Positions 1-11,901 of a stretch of 64,000 nt of DNA are shown one piece after another. A model generated the notes under the pieces. That model did not search any database, was not told where the DNA came from, and saw only the letters and a program-made list of their open reading frames with translations. This stretch comes from Macrostomum lignano (lineage: Eukaryota): NCBI GenBank assembly GCA_002269645.1, contig NIVC01001072.1:62001-126000 (forward strand). Direction: 5' to 3'. A program made the translations under genes and the position numbers. Position 1 is the first letter of the stretch; each line of letters starts with the position of its first letter.

Positions 1-2292
1 AAAAAAGTTTTGGTCAGGCTCTTCGGGGGAATACATCCCCCCTATCCCCCCTCCCTACACCCCTGGTTGGCATAATGAAAATATTCATTTTTTGCAAGCT
101 TCATGTCAATAGCTAAAAAATATGCATACAGTGAGTTTAACAAACAATTCTGCAGGATAGCCCCCCTAGCCATAATATTTAATCTAAGTAGGCCTAGGGC
201 CTAACGTGTATAACAGCAAGTCTAGTTAAAGAGTCAAAAAGGTACAGATTCACATAAATCGACAGATGCAGTGAGAGTGAGATGCTAGACCCCTACTATA
301 GGCCTAACTAGGCCTACCCTAGCCCTAGGCGCTGCGCTATCGCGCTAGTCAAGTGAAATTCAGAAAAGAAAGAAAAGGATAGTCAGATTATTAATTAGAT
401 TGCAGGAAAACAGTGACAAGGCTTGCTTGAGCAGCATTTCTCATTTAATCATAATCCCAGCAAAACAAGAAAGCAATCATCAATTAATTTAAGAACGCGT
501 CGAACGTTGTCATCATAAATAGGCTATGAAAGTTCGATTGCCAGTTTTAAATTTTGTAAATACAATATAAGATAATTCATCTAGATTTTTCTTTATACCT
601 TTTTCACAATGAGAAACATAGCATGCATTTTAGGACGTTTTAAAAGTTTTTTAAACTGTCTGTTTTGTTTAAAAAGCTATTTTCAAGACGACAATAGTGT
701 AAACGAACTATTTTTAGGGCCTTTTCATATTGCTTGTTCTGGTTCCAGAACCAGAACCAATTTGTGAAGTATAACTTTTTGTCTCCATAACTAGAGGGAG
801 CTACGTGCTATAAATTCTTTATTATTGAATGACAATCGCCAAGAAGAAAGTGAAAATTGTGCTAAGTGAGGTTGTTAAGGCAGTCAAACATTCAACAGAA
901 TTAAATAGTTATACTGCTGTTTTTCTTGGAAGATCCGAACCGATTCTGATTCTGGAATTGGTAATATGAAAAGCCTCTTTCCCTTATTTTTGTTTTCCCG
1001 CCGGCGCCAATTTGCTTTTGTGACCAATGATTGTCCAAATTTTTCGTAATTGATTGAAGGCTATAAGTTTTGCTGTGTCACCTTTGAAAAGTGAAGTTTG
1101 AAGTCTGCCTGTGTCTGTCTAACCCAGATCACGACTGTAGCCTAGCATTCTCAGGTTTAAAGTGCCAAGTGAGGTCGACCCTAGCGTTGCTTTGCTTAGT
1201 TTTTCATGAACTGACTGACTTATTTGCACGTGCTTCTGTATGCAAGTTCATAAAAAATTTGGGCCCAAACTTAAAAAGTAGACATTCTCCTTAGATTTAC
1301 ATAGAGTAGGTGATGTAGGTTAAGGCCTAGCCTAGCCAACCCTAGATGACTAGACCTACCTAGGCTAGGCTCCCTAGGCCTATGCCTATGCTAGGGCTAG
1401 GCCTATGGAGATGGGCAATTAATTTTAGTGAGTTATAATAGGGGGCCTATTTTAATATTTTTTATTAGGCCTATCTACCTTTAGGCTATGCAGCCTACCT
1501 AAGACTAAGTATGCCCCTAACTTTTTTGCTAGGCCTATACTATACCTTACCTTGGCTCAACTTACTTTTATTGATGCCCACTATCATTAGGGGCCTATGT
1601 CATTTTTAAAAATTTTATTAGCTTTTTTATTCTTTTTTTCTTATTGATGACTTGCAGGTACTTGAGCTGATTTCCCATACTGCTATTAGCCTACTATTAC
1701 TGGTTGAAAGTTATTTTGTCTGCTATTAGTTTGTTTGCCACTCTTTTGTCTACAAAAATATGATGCAATCATTTTGTTTGTCAACAAAATATCAAATATA
1801 ATGTCAGTCTAAAAAATATCTGGACTATATATCTTAAAAATACTTTAAAAGTAAAGATAAACTCATTTTTTAAAAGTACAAGTATATCTAAACATATTAT
1901 TTTACAACCCAAAAAACATTGACTTGACTTATATACATAGGCCTAAACATAAAATTCAAAGTTAAGTTATAAACCTTGCAACAAGACAGCAAATGTGTTA
2001 TCATCATAGAATTGTTATAATAGCAGTGCTATTCCTCTCATAGGTTCTTTTCTCACTGCTGGCTCTCCTACCCACTCATCTCCTCTCTAGCACTATCTAA
2101 TAACACATAAATTCAAATTTCTCCCTTAGCTCCCCAAGTGTGGCGGTCTTGGTGTGTGGCGGTCTTGGTCCTACACCGCCTATTCAAGTGCAAAACTACT
2201 TTGCCTTTTGAATCACTATTGACTAATTGTCACAAAACTTTTTTCAGTGGATGTTTTAAATTAAATATATATTTTTTTAAATATTGCATAAA

Positions 2293-2900
2293 AATCTATA
2301 TGTAAAAATCAAAACTCTGTATCTGTTTGTCTGTCTGTAGACAATTTTAATTGCTATAGACTCCCAAACCGCTCAACCAAATTATACCAAACTTTACACC
2401 CACCCTAAACTTACTATGGAGAATGTCTTAGGCTACCTTTAAATTTCCTAGATTCAAGTCTTCCTACCTAAAAGTACAAAAAACTGCTTAAAATGCGCAA
2501 TTTTTTCACTAAATCCTCCATAGTGCCACTCCACTTCTATTGATTCTCTTCAAATTTGACACAGACAATCTTCAACTATTTTGGCACAATCATGTAAAAT
2601 TTTGGGTCTCAAAGTTAATCTTGAGCAGTGCTGTGCACTTTTAAAGTTAGGCTGTTTTTTTCAGCATAGCAACCACCCCAACCTCCGCCCACCTGCCTCT
2701 CTTTCCCAATCCTAATCTAGGCCCAGATGTGTAAAAGGGTTTCAAAATTGACTAACTTTCAGCTGCCATAAGTTTGCTCCACATGAAGCGATCAACTTCA
2801 AACTTGACACAATTCTTCATTGACTCATTCTCTGTCAAAATGTAAAGTTACAACTCTGTAACTCATTCAGAAAAACTGTAAGCGTGTAAAGTTTGTATGC
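2293..2900 (+). mobile_element. Non-autonomous Helitron-like dispersed repeat, copy 1
   Basis: Starts TCTATATGTAAAAAT...TGTTTGTCTGTCTGT...GCTATAGACTCCCAAACCGCTCAACCAAATT, resembling non-autonomous Helitron 5' ends; a second copy lies on the minus strand at ~6.5-6.8 kb. Class assignment is from recall. Confidence 0.45.
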
Positions 2901-4166
2901 TTTTTCTATTGTTTGTGCCACTTTACTCATTCATTCCTCCAGAGCCAGACAAAGGGTTGGGCAATAGGACTGAATGTACATAGCAAATGTATAGTGTTTT
3001 GGAATAACTTTATTTATAGCCTTCTCTGCAACCTGAGAGTAGAGAGGCTACGTTTAGCTATCTATAACAGTTTAGTAAGAAATTCTAACCACTACCTTCC
3101 CCTCTATATTGGCAAACTTTGCAGAAGCTTAACAGTGGATGGCAATTGGCAAATCAAGGGAATCCAGCATGGTTTGTAAAAGCAAAAGATTTATAAAAAG
3201 GCGATGTGATGCAATGCAATACAACCCTACTAAATTAGGCACACCATAGAAATTTTAGGTTTCTTTTAAAGGTATTGCGTAAATTTTAAATGGCCTCCTA
3301 AGAAATGCATATTTCTTTGGTTGTTAGACTGATGCAAATTGCAGTGGAGCTGAAGATACACAAATTCCTTTCAGGGCTGCAAATTGGCAAGAAAGATGAT
3401 ATGATCAAAGCATGAGAACAACCATGAGAGTACTATGTCCCACAAACTGGCTTTCCAAGCAGTGATGGGCAGAATTTTACCTCAAAGGCCAGATAAAGAA
3501 TCTAGCTCATGGCTGAAAGGCAGATGAAAGTGGAAAAAAGAAGGAACAGACAATTCGAAGAGAGGAGAGGCGACAAGAGGGGATAAAAGAAATGATAAAA
3601 GATAATAGGAGAGATGAGAGATGAGGACAATGAGAGAGAGGGGGCGAAAAGGGGAGAGAGTAGAGGTGAGAGAGCAGAGAGCTGCAGATGAGAGGAGAGA
3701 AAAGACAGCAGAGAGGGGAGCAGAGAGGAAAGTGGTAAAAGAAGAGATGAGAGAGTAAAGGGAAGAGAGAAGAGATAAAGATATATCTCTACATCTTTAA
3801 GGTTGTAGAGATGAGAGAGGTGGAAGGAGAGATGAGAGATAAAGGAGAGAGGAGTGGAGAGAGAGAGAAGAGAGGGAGACAGAGTATAGAAAAGGGTAGA
3901 GAAGAGAAAAGAAGAAAGGAGAAAGGAAAGTAAGGAGTCAAAAGAGAGGAAAGAAAAGAGTACAGAGGAGAGAGGTGAGAGAACATATAAGACAGAGATG
4001 CCAGATTAAAAAGGGGGATGAGAGAGCAGAGATAAGAGTGAACAGATGAAAGATGGGAGAGTAGAGAGAACAGAGGAAAGATTACAAAGACGAGAGGAGA
4101 AAGGAGAGACAAAGGTAAAGAAGTGAGTGAGGAGAGAGGAGAGGAAACAGGAAAATTGAGAAAGAA

Positions 4167-4291
<125 letters not shown>

Positions 4292-5763
4292 CAAGAGAAG
4301 AGGGGAGAGAGGAGAGACAAGGGACAAGAGAGAAGAGAGGAAACAGAAGAGGCAATAGAAATTTTAAAGGATCTAAAGGACATAGGGAGAGTCAGGGAGA
4401 GGCCAGATTTTGCCAATACATGTTTTAGAGTCAAACAGACATTGCCTGACATTCTGTGCAGTACCCCAGCCAACAAGATCAATGTTTGCCTCAAACCCTA
4501 ATTTTACACAAATGTGCTCCATTTTATATCTACCTCTATCCTATTAACTATTAACAAGTTTTTGTTTGTGTATGGCCTTAGATTTCAGAATACATGCAAA
4601 AGTAGTTCCAGGGATTGGAATTCCTTGGGTTCAAAATCCGTGGGTTTCAACAGCTTGTAATATTATGTATACACCTAATAGTATAGACCTAAACTAGTTT
4701 AAAGACAAAGTGTATTTAGGAAATATAGAAAAATATTTAGTTTTGCTACATACTAATGACTTTGAATTTTTTCCTCTTGTAATTAATATAGGGCACAGGT
4801 TTATTCTAGTATATTAAAAGTTATTTTCTTGATTGGAGGTAATAAATCTAAATTGCTAATTTAAAATAAAGATAGGTCTAGTAAAGATTTTGTCATAATT
4901 TAAATTTAATCTAATATACATAATAGGCCTATATGTATAATATATAAAAGCTATATAAAGTTGATTAAGAATGGAAAAAATAGGCCTAGGAGCCTAATTT
5001 ACTATATTGTTTCCTCTAAATTCTATAGTATATTTTATTGTCTAATGTCCATATAAAATTATATTATGTAGGCCTATTATTATCTTAATAAAAGCTAGAT
5101 ATATTGTATAAGGCCTTAATAAGACTAAAGCAGTAGGCTATTACTTGTAAAAAAATCTTTTTTTATAATTTATATTTGCTTTTTATTCTATATAAGGCCT
5201 ATATAAGCTATTGAAACATATAGTGCCTATTCTATAAAGTCATCATAAAATTAGATAAGATCATTCTTTGCTTCTATCTCTATGGTGTAAAAGTTCCAAT
5301 GTATGATCAAAATATAATAACAGCTTTATATAACATTCTAATAGATTTTGAAGCTGCTAATTTCTAAGCCTTAGAACTATTTTGCATATATTATTAAATC
5401 TAAAATCATGCTCAAATAAATAGTTATTAATAGTTAGGATGAGGATAAATAAAATTGCATATTAAATTATGATTCAGGATCTTTAGACTTTTCTCCTTTT
5501 TTACTCTTTTTCTATCTTATTTTTCCTCTCCTCTCACCTTTCTTTTTGCTTATATCTTTCTTTTTCTATTCCTTTTGCTTTGTTTAAGATAAAAATTGCC
5601 ACAAAATTTTTTGAAGATAAAGAGAGAAAACAAGATTGAGGAGAAAAAAGGTTAGTCCTAGGAAAGTCCCAGGAACTCCAGGGATGCTGTGATGGTTCTT
5701 TTTTGTGGCATTTTTCTTGACTTTGAGAAAAAAAACTTTAAAAACATTTAGCTAATGGCTTAA

Positions 5764-6156
5764 ATGCACTGTTTAGACTGTTTTTTTTGCACTGAAAAGA
5801 TTGGCTGCTATGCTAATAGGCTCAAGTCAGCTGTTCCACTTGTTCTAAAGTGTAGGGCTGGTGTTGTTTACCAATTTTGCTACTCTGAAGATCAAGGCAT
5901 TTCTTGTATTGGAAAAACAAAGCAACACCTGCACATTAGAGCTAGGGAACATTGGCTAAAAAGCTCTGCAATTAATGACCATCTGCTTGTTTGTAAAAAT
6001 GTGACAGTGAACCAATTTAGCTCTTCAAAGTGTTAGATAGGTGCAAATTTGACCATAAGCTCAAGATTATTATTGAAATATATCAGAATGCACAAACCCA
6101 ACTTGAATATGTAGCTAGCTAGCAATGGGGTAGAATGTGAGCTCAGAGTACTATGA
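5764..6156 (+). mobile_element. Degenerate Penelope-like element, GIY-YIG endonuclease C-terminus
   Basis: FFCTEKIGCY..K..VP....GVVYQFC....CIGKTKQHLHIRAREH....SAINDHLLVC, then after a stop/frameshift YIRMHKPNLNM; matches Penelope GIY-YIG motifs (VYxFxC, YIGxT, RxxEH, KPxLN). Confidence 0.7.
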
Positions 6157-6489
6157 GCAGTGTCATGTCTATTTTCTCTCCTTCCCTTCATTCTATACTT
6201 AGACTCTCTTCAAATTCTACCAGATTGTCTTGACTTGCCTTTGGACTATACAGTTTGCTTTTAAATATAATGAGTGTATTGCATTGAGTTGAATTGAATT
6301 GGCCCTAACAATATCTTATGATTGACAAAATGCATTGGCTGAAAAGAAAAATTATATTATATGTTTTTGTTAGCATTTATTTTCTTACTACCTTTTTATA
6401 CTAGCCAGATAAAGGAAAGAGAGAGGCAGAGGTTGGAGTGGTTAATAGGCTGACAGAAACTAGACAAAGTTTAAAAGTGCATAATGCCA

Positions 6490-6800
6490 TTTAGGATTAA
6501 CTTTGAGACAAAGTTTGTATGATTGCATCACAATAGTTTAATATTGTTGTGTCAAATTTGAGTAGGATTGGTAATAGGTATAAGTAGAACAATGCTATGG
6601 AGAATTGTGAAAAAGTCATGTCTTTTAAGCAGTTTTTGCTTTTTTTACGCATAAAAAATTGAATTGAAGAAATTTTTATATAGCATAGACATTCTCTGTA
6701 GTGAGATGTGCATTTAGGGTACATGCAAAATTTGGTGACATTTGGTTGAGTGGTTTGGGAGTCCTCAGCAAACACATTGTATACATGCACATAGAGAGAG
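6490..6800 (-). mobile_element. Helitron-like dispersed repeat, copy 2
   Basis: Reverse complement GACTCCCAAACCACTCAACCAAATGTCACCAAATTTTGCATGTACCCTAAA...GAGAATGTCT aligns with 2358-2430. Confidence 0.5.
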
Positions 6801-7679
6801 AGGGGGTTTTATTTTTTAGGTAGATAGGTAATTAAGTTAGACCCTTAACAAGTGCATTGTTGTTCTATCCTTTCTGCCAATAGTGGGTATTGTTTAGATG
6901 AAAGAAAATTGATTGAGAGAAAAAGGAAATGATTCATACATGCGCAACAGTTGGCCAATCTGGCTGACCAATTTGGCAGCCAACCAAGGTAAGTTGCAAA
7001 AATGCCCACCTGGATAAATACCAAAGTAGTACTACGTAGATAACGAGGCAATATACAGTCATAGTTACTCCCGCCGTTTACCCAAAGTTGTGTTAATTTT
7101 GCCTTAGGGTTTCTTCTATATGTAAGTCATATCTTTGGCCAAAAACTATGTTGCATTTTTTGTTTTAAAAAGTTGCATGGCTGACCGAATTTTGGAGGTT
7201 GCGCATGTATGAAATGATTAATAGGAAGAATTCTCCTTAATTTAGAATAGACAATGTTATTTTTAAACCCTTGATTTTGATATTTTATGGTGACTTAGAT
7301 TTTTTAACATTGTATATTAAATAAATTTACCTTATGAAATATTTGCTAATATATAAACTTTTATTATAATTTTTGTTAAATTGCTCTTTTAACTATTTTT
7401 TGCTTTCTAATATATAAATAAATAATAGAAATTGTATACCTGTACTTTGTTTTGACACACTTTAGGATACAAAGCCATTGTACACCATATATATGTGCTT
7501 AAAAGTCAGTAGAATGGGCAGAATTATTTGTTGCTAATTATGTGATCAATCAGTTTCATATATTCTACAGGTAATTAACAAATAATCATTGTATTCATGG
7601 TTAACTAGTCTCAGCCAAAAAGCTATCAATCTTTACTCAATCAGTTGATCAAAGATAATCGCCAATTGTAAAAGCAACA

Positions 7680-9222
7680 ATGCAGCGCTTAGTGCAGCAC
7701 AGTGAAATTATCCGGCCTAGTATGGTACTAGCAGATGAGTCCGATGGTCAGCTGCAGTACATGGTGATGTCGGATGCCTCTGGCTCTGGTATCCACCATC
7801 TGCAGCAGACGCCTCAGCAACAGCAGCAGCAGGCAATTTACAATCCGATCTCCTATGGTTCTCTGTCTAGGAAACGGTCTGAGCCCAGGATTCCTAGAAA
7901 TTTCTATCAGGCCAACACCGCCGCAGCCGCCTCAGGTCAACCATCCGGGGAGTTTCGCGGCTGCAATTGCAACAAGAGCCACTGCTTGAAGCTCTATTGC
8001 GAATGCTTCTCTGAGGGCCAGCTGTGCCATAACTGCAATTGCAATGGTTGCATGAATAATCTGGACTTTGAGCAGGTCAGGCAGAAGGCTATTAAATCTG
8101 TGCTCAATCGAAATCCATTCGCATTTCATCCGAAAATTGGCAAAGGCGAAGGCGAACGCCGGCACAACAAAGGCTGCAACTGTAAGCGAAGCGGCTGCCT
8201 GAAAAACTATTGCGAATGCTTTGAGGCCAAGATTAGTTGCACTAACATGTGCCGCTGCCAGGGCTGCAAGAACACTGAGGAGAGCGTGCACCGGCGCTGC
8301 TTGAACAAGTTTATGGAGGCCACGAATAAGACGGCGCCGCCGGAGACTGGCTACCGCCGTAATGAGCGCCCGACTGACAAGTGAGAGTGGGGCCCTTGTT
8401 TCCTTTTTGTCTGGGATTTGCAGCTCTTGAGAATCTCCCCCAATAAACCATTGAGAATCGCTTCGCACCCAATAAACTATTGAGAATCGCCCCTAAAGTC
8501 TCATTTAGAATCGCCCCTAAAGTCTCATTGAGAATCGTCCCTAAAATATCATTGAGAATCGCCCCTAAAATATCATTGAGAATCGTCCCTAAAATATCAT
8601 TGAGAATTGCCCCTAAAATCTCATTGAGAATCGTCCCTAAAATATCATTGAGAATCGCCCCTAAAATCTCATTGAGAATCGTCCCTAAAATATCATTGAG
8701 AATCGCCCCTAAAGTCTCATTGAGAATCGTCCCTAAAATATCATTGAGAATCGCCCCTAAAATATCATTGAGAATCGCCCTAACCCTCACCACCCCGTCA
8801 GCACGGTGGCCGACTTTCTGACCAAGCCGGTGCTGGAAGGCGTCGCCTCCTGCCTGGTGAACAGGGCCGATCTCGCTGACAAAGCCGAAGACCTGCCAGC
8901 CGCTCAGGAGCGCGCAATCCTGCAAGAATTCGGCGATTGTCTTCAACAGGCGATTGAAGGCGCCGCTAGCAGTAGGCCGGTGACTGCCGGCGCAATGTCC
9001 GGTTCGCATCACGTGTCTTCTTTTCATCACCATCGGCAGAGCGACATTGGCGGAGCTGGCAGCTCATCTGCCGCCGCCGCCACTGCTGCCGTCACTTCCG
9101 GTCTGCCCGTCGGAGCTTCCGGCCCCGGCGGCAGCGGCGCCAGTCTCGGGCTTCAACAGCAGTCTCTGGACTTTGGCGGCCACATGAAGTCTGAACAGGT
9201 GGTTATCGTTGATGTTATTTGA
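7680..9222 (+). CDS. lin54: LIN54/tesmin-family CRC-domain protein, join(7680..8380,8802..9222), ~373 aa
   Basis: Two CXC motifs ([16 protein letters not shown]; [16 protein letters not shown]) with RNPxAFHPK linker. A GT(8381)-AG(8801) phase-2 intron joins in frame to [18 protein letters not shown]...[12 protein letters not shown], matching the LIN54 C-terminal motif (ERMILEEFGRCL type). Confidence 0.88.
8481..8782. repeat. 24-bp minisatellite (GAGAATCGCCCCTAAAATATCATT) filling the lin54 intron
   Basis: About 12 units, degenerate units from ~8428; ends ~19 nt before the acceptor. Confidence 0.92.
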
Positions 9223-9419
9223 TTTGCTCTGCTTTAGTAACCAGCTATGACTGTCTAAATAACAGTTTTTTCACTTTAAGTAAGCTGTCTTTATGTTTAA
9301 AATTCGTATCATTCAATGTATTGTTATTGACATTTTTGCAAATTTCAACATGTAAGCTTATCAGGTAAAATCATCACTATTTTCAATCTTGACTCTTCCT
9401 AAAAACGCTTTTTTACCTT

Positions 9420-9930
9420 CCCTAAAATCTCCCATTTATTACCCTCGCTAAAATCTCACATTTCACCTTCCCTAAAATCTCCCATTTACCCTCCCTAAAA
9501 TCTCCCATTTATTCCCTGGCTAAAATCTCCCATTTCACCTTCCCTAAAATCTACAATTTACCCTTCCTAAAATCTCCCAATTAACCCTTCCTAAAATCTC
9601 CCATTTTACCCTCCCTAAAATCTCCCATTTACCCTCCCTAAAATCTCCCATTTACCCCCCCTAAAATCTCCCATTTACCCTCCCTAAAATCTCCCATTTA
9701 CCCTCCCTAAAATCTCCCATTTACCCTCTCTAAAACTCCCATTTCACCTTTCCTAAAATCTCCCAATTTACCTTGCCTAAAGTCTCCCATTTATTACCCA
9801 CCCTAAAATCTCCCATTTATCATCCTCCCTAAAATCTCCCATTTATCATCCTCCCTAAAATCTCCCATTCATTACCCTCCCTAATATCTTCCATTTATTA
9901 CCCTACCTAAAATCTCCCATTTTACCCTCC
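9420..9930. repeat. ~23-bp minisatellite (CCCTCCCTAAAATCTCCCATTTA) downstream of lin54
   Basis: Tandem units seen directly. Confidence 0.9.
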
Positions 9931-10579
9931 AAATAGTTGGCGTTCTTATACAAAATGCATGAATTTCTTGTTTGCTAACTTTCCATAATAATAAAAATAA
10001 TGATTGTGTTGATTGATAACTTTCATTTGTTTCGCTTTACTACTTACTATTCAGTAGTTGATAGCGTCCCCAAACCTCTAAATCAACCGGTTATATAATT
10101 CTATGATGCCCTCCGAAAAGTGCAGCTCTTGTAAACATTCACTGGCGTGTCTGAAACTTATTTTTCTATTAATAACATCTTATTTCAATTTTTTGGTGTA
10201 TATACTTCTAAGAATCAGTTTAACATTATGCCATTAATTGCACACATTTTAGCTACTTTTATTGTGCACTTTCTTGTATACTATATTACTATAAACTAAA
10301 TATTCTGTTAAGTAGCCAGTTGGCAGTTTTTGTGCTTTTTTAATAATTTACTGTGAATTATTTTGCTAAATACATTCTCTCTGTTGTATCTTGTCTGTCG
10401 CTATTTACAGTTGTTTATCAAAACTGGGTATCACAAATATATTATTCTGTTTTAATTGTTCGGGTTCTTAAATTAGTCATGAACTGACATGAAGCTTCAT
10501 TGTCTTCACGTCTTATTGTTTCTTTTTTTCCTGAGGAATTGCTCCTAAAGCATTCCAGCAATTCAAAAACTCCACTCCA

Positions 10580-11885
10580 CCAGAAGAATCGCCCTTAAAC
10601 ACCCAGAAAATCGCCCTCAGACACCCAGAAGAATCGCACTTAAACACCCAGAAAATCGCCCTCAGACACCCAGAAGAATCGCACTTAAACACCCAGAAGA
10701 ATCGCCCTAAACACTCAGTGAAAAATCGCCCTAAACACTCAGAGAAAAATCGCCCTTAAACACCCGGAAGAATCGCCACTAAACACCAAGAAGAATCGCC
10801 CTAAACACTCAGAAAAATCGCCCTAAAACACCCAGAATAATCGCCCTTAAACACCTAGAAGAATCGTCCTTAAACACCCGGAAGAATCGCCCTGAATCTC
10901 AGGAAGAATCGCCCTTAAACACCCTGCAGAGTCGCCCTTAAATACCCACAAGAATCGCCCTAAACACCCACAAGAATCGCCCTAAAACACCCACAAGAAT
11001 CGCCCTCAAACACCCACAAGAATCGCCCTTAAACACCCTGCAGAGTCGCCCTTAAACACCCAGAAGAATCGCCCTAAACACTCAGTGAAAAATCGCCCTA
11101 AACACTCAGAGAAAAATCGCCCTTAAACACCCGGAAGAATCGCCACTAAACACCAAGAAGAATCGCCCTAAACACTCAGAAAAATCGCCCTAAAACACCC
11201 AGAATAATCGCCCTTAAACACCTAGAAGAATCGTCCTTAAACACCCGGAAGAATCGCCCTGAATCTCAGGAAGAATCGCCCTTAAACACCCTGCAGAGTC
11301 GCCCTTAAATACCCACAAGAATCGCCCTAAAACACCCACAAGAATCGCCCTAAAACACCCACAAGAATCGCCCTCAAACACCCACAAGAATCGCCCTTAA
11401 ACACCCTGCAGAGTCGCCCTTAAACACCCACAAGAATCGCCCTTAAACACCCTGCAGAGTCGCCCTTAAACACCCACAAGAATCGCCCTAAAACACCCAC
11501 AAGAATCGCCCTAAAACACCCACAAGAATCGCCCTCAAACACCCACAAGAATCGCCCTCAAACACCCACAAGAATCGCCCTCAAACACCCACAAGAATCG
11601 CCCTCAAACACGCAGAATAATCGCCCTTAAACACCTAGAAGAATCGTCCTTAAACACCCGGAAGAATCGCACTTAAACACCCAGAAGAATCGCACTTAAA
11701 CACCCAGAAGAATCGCACTTAAACACCCAGAAGAATCGCCCTCAAACACCCAGAAAAATCACCCTCAAACACCCTGCAGAATCGCCCTCAAACACCCAGA
11801 AAAATCACCCTCAAACACCCTGCAGAATCGCCCTCAAACACCCAGAAAAATCACCCTCAAACACCCTGCAGAATCGCCCTCAAAC
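10580..11885. repeat. ~23-bp minisatellite (GAAGAATCGCCCTTAAACACCCA) with ~367-bp higher-order duplication
   Basis: Tandem units; the variant block starting ACACTCAGTG at 10711 recurs at 11078. Confidence 0.92.
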
Positions 11886-11901
11886 AATTCCTGCCGAGGC
11901 C

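Noticed and set aside
6300-6350. Hammerhead ribozyme downstream of the Penelope remnant
   Set aside because: CTTATGA...GAAA is too degenerate; no convincing helices found by eye.
8311-9033. Minus-strand 240-aa and plus-strand 113-aa repeat ORFs
   Set aside because: Products of the intronic 24-bp array overlapping lin54.
10580-11885. CRISPR-like array (constant GAATCGCCC with variable intervening bases)
   Set aside because: Intervening sequences are short related variants, not unique spacers; eukaryotic context and no cas genes.
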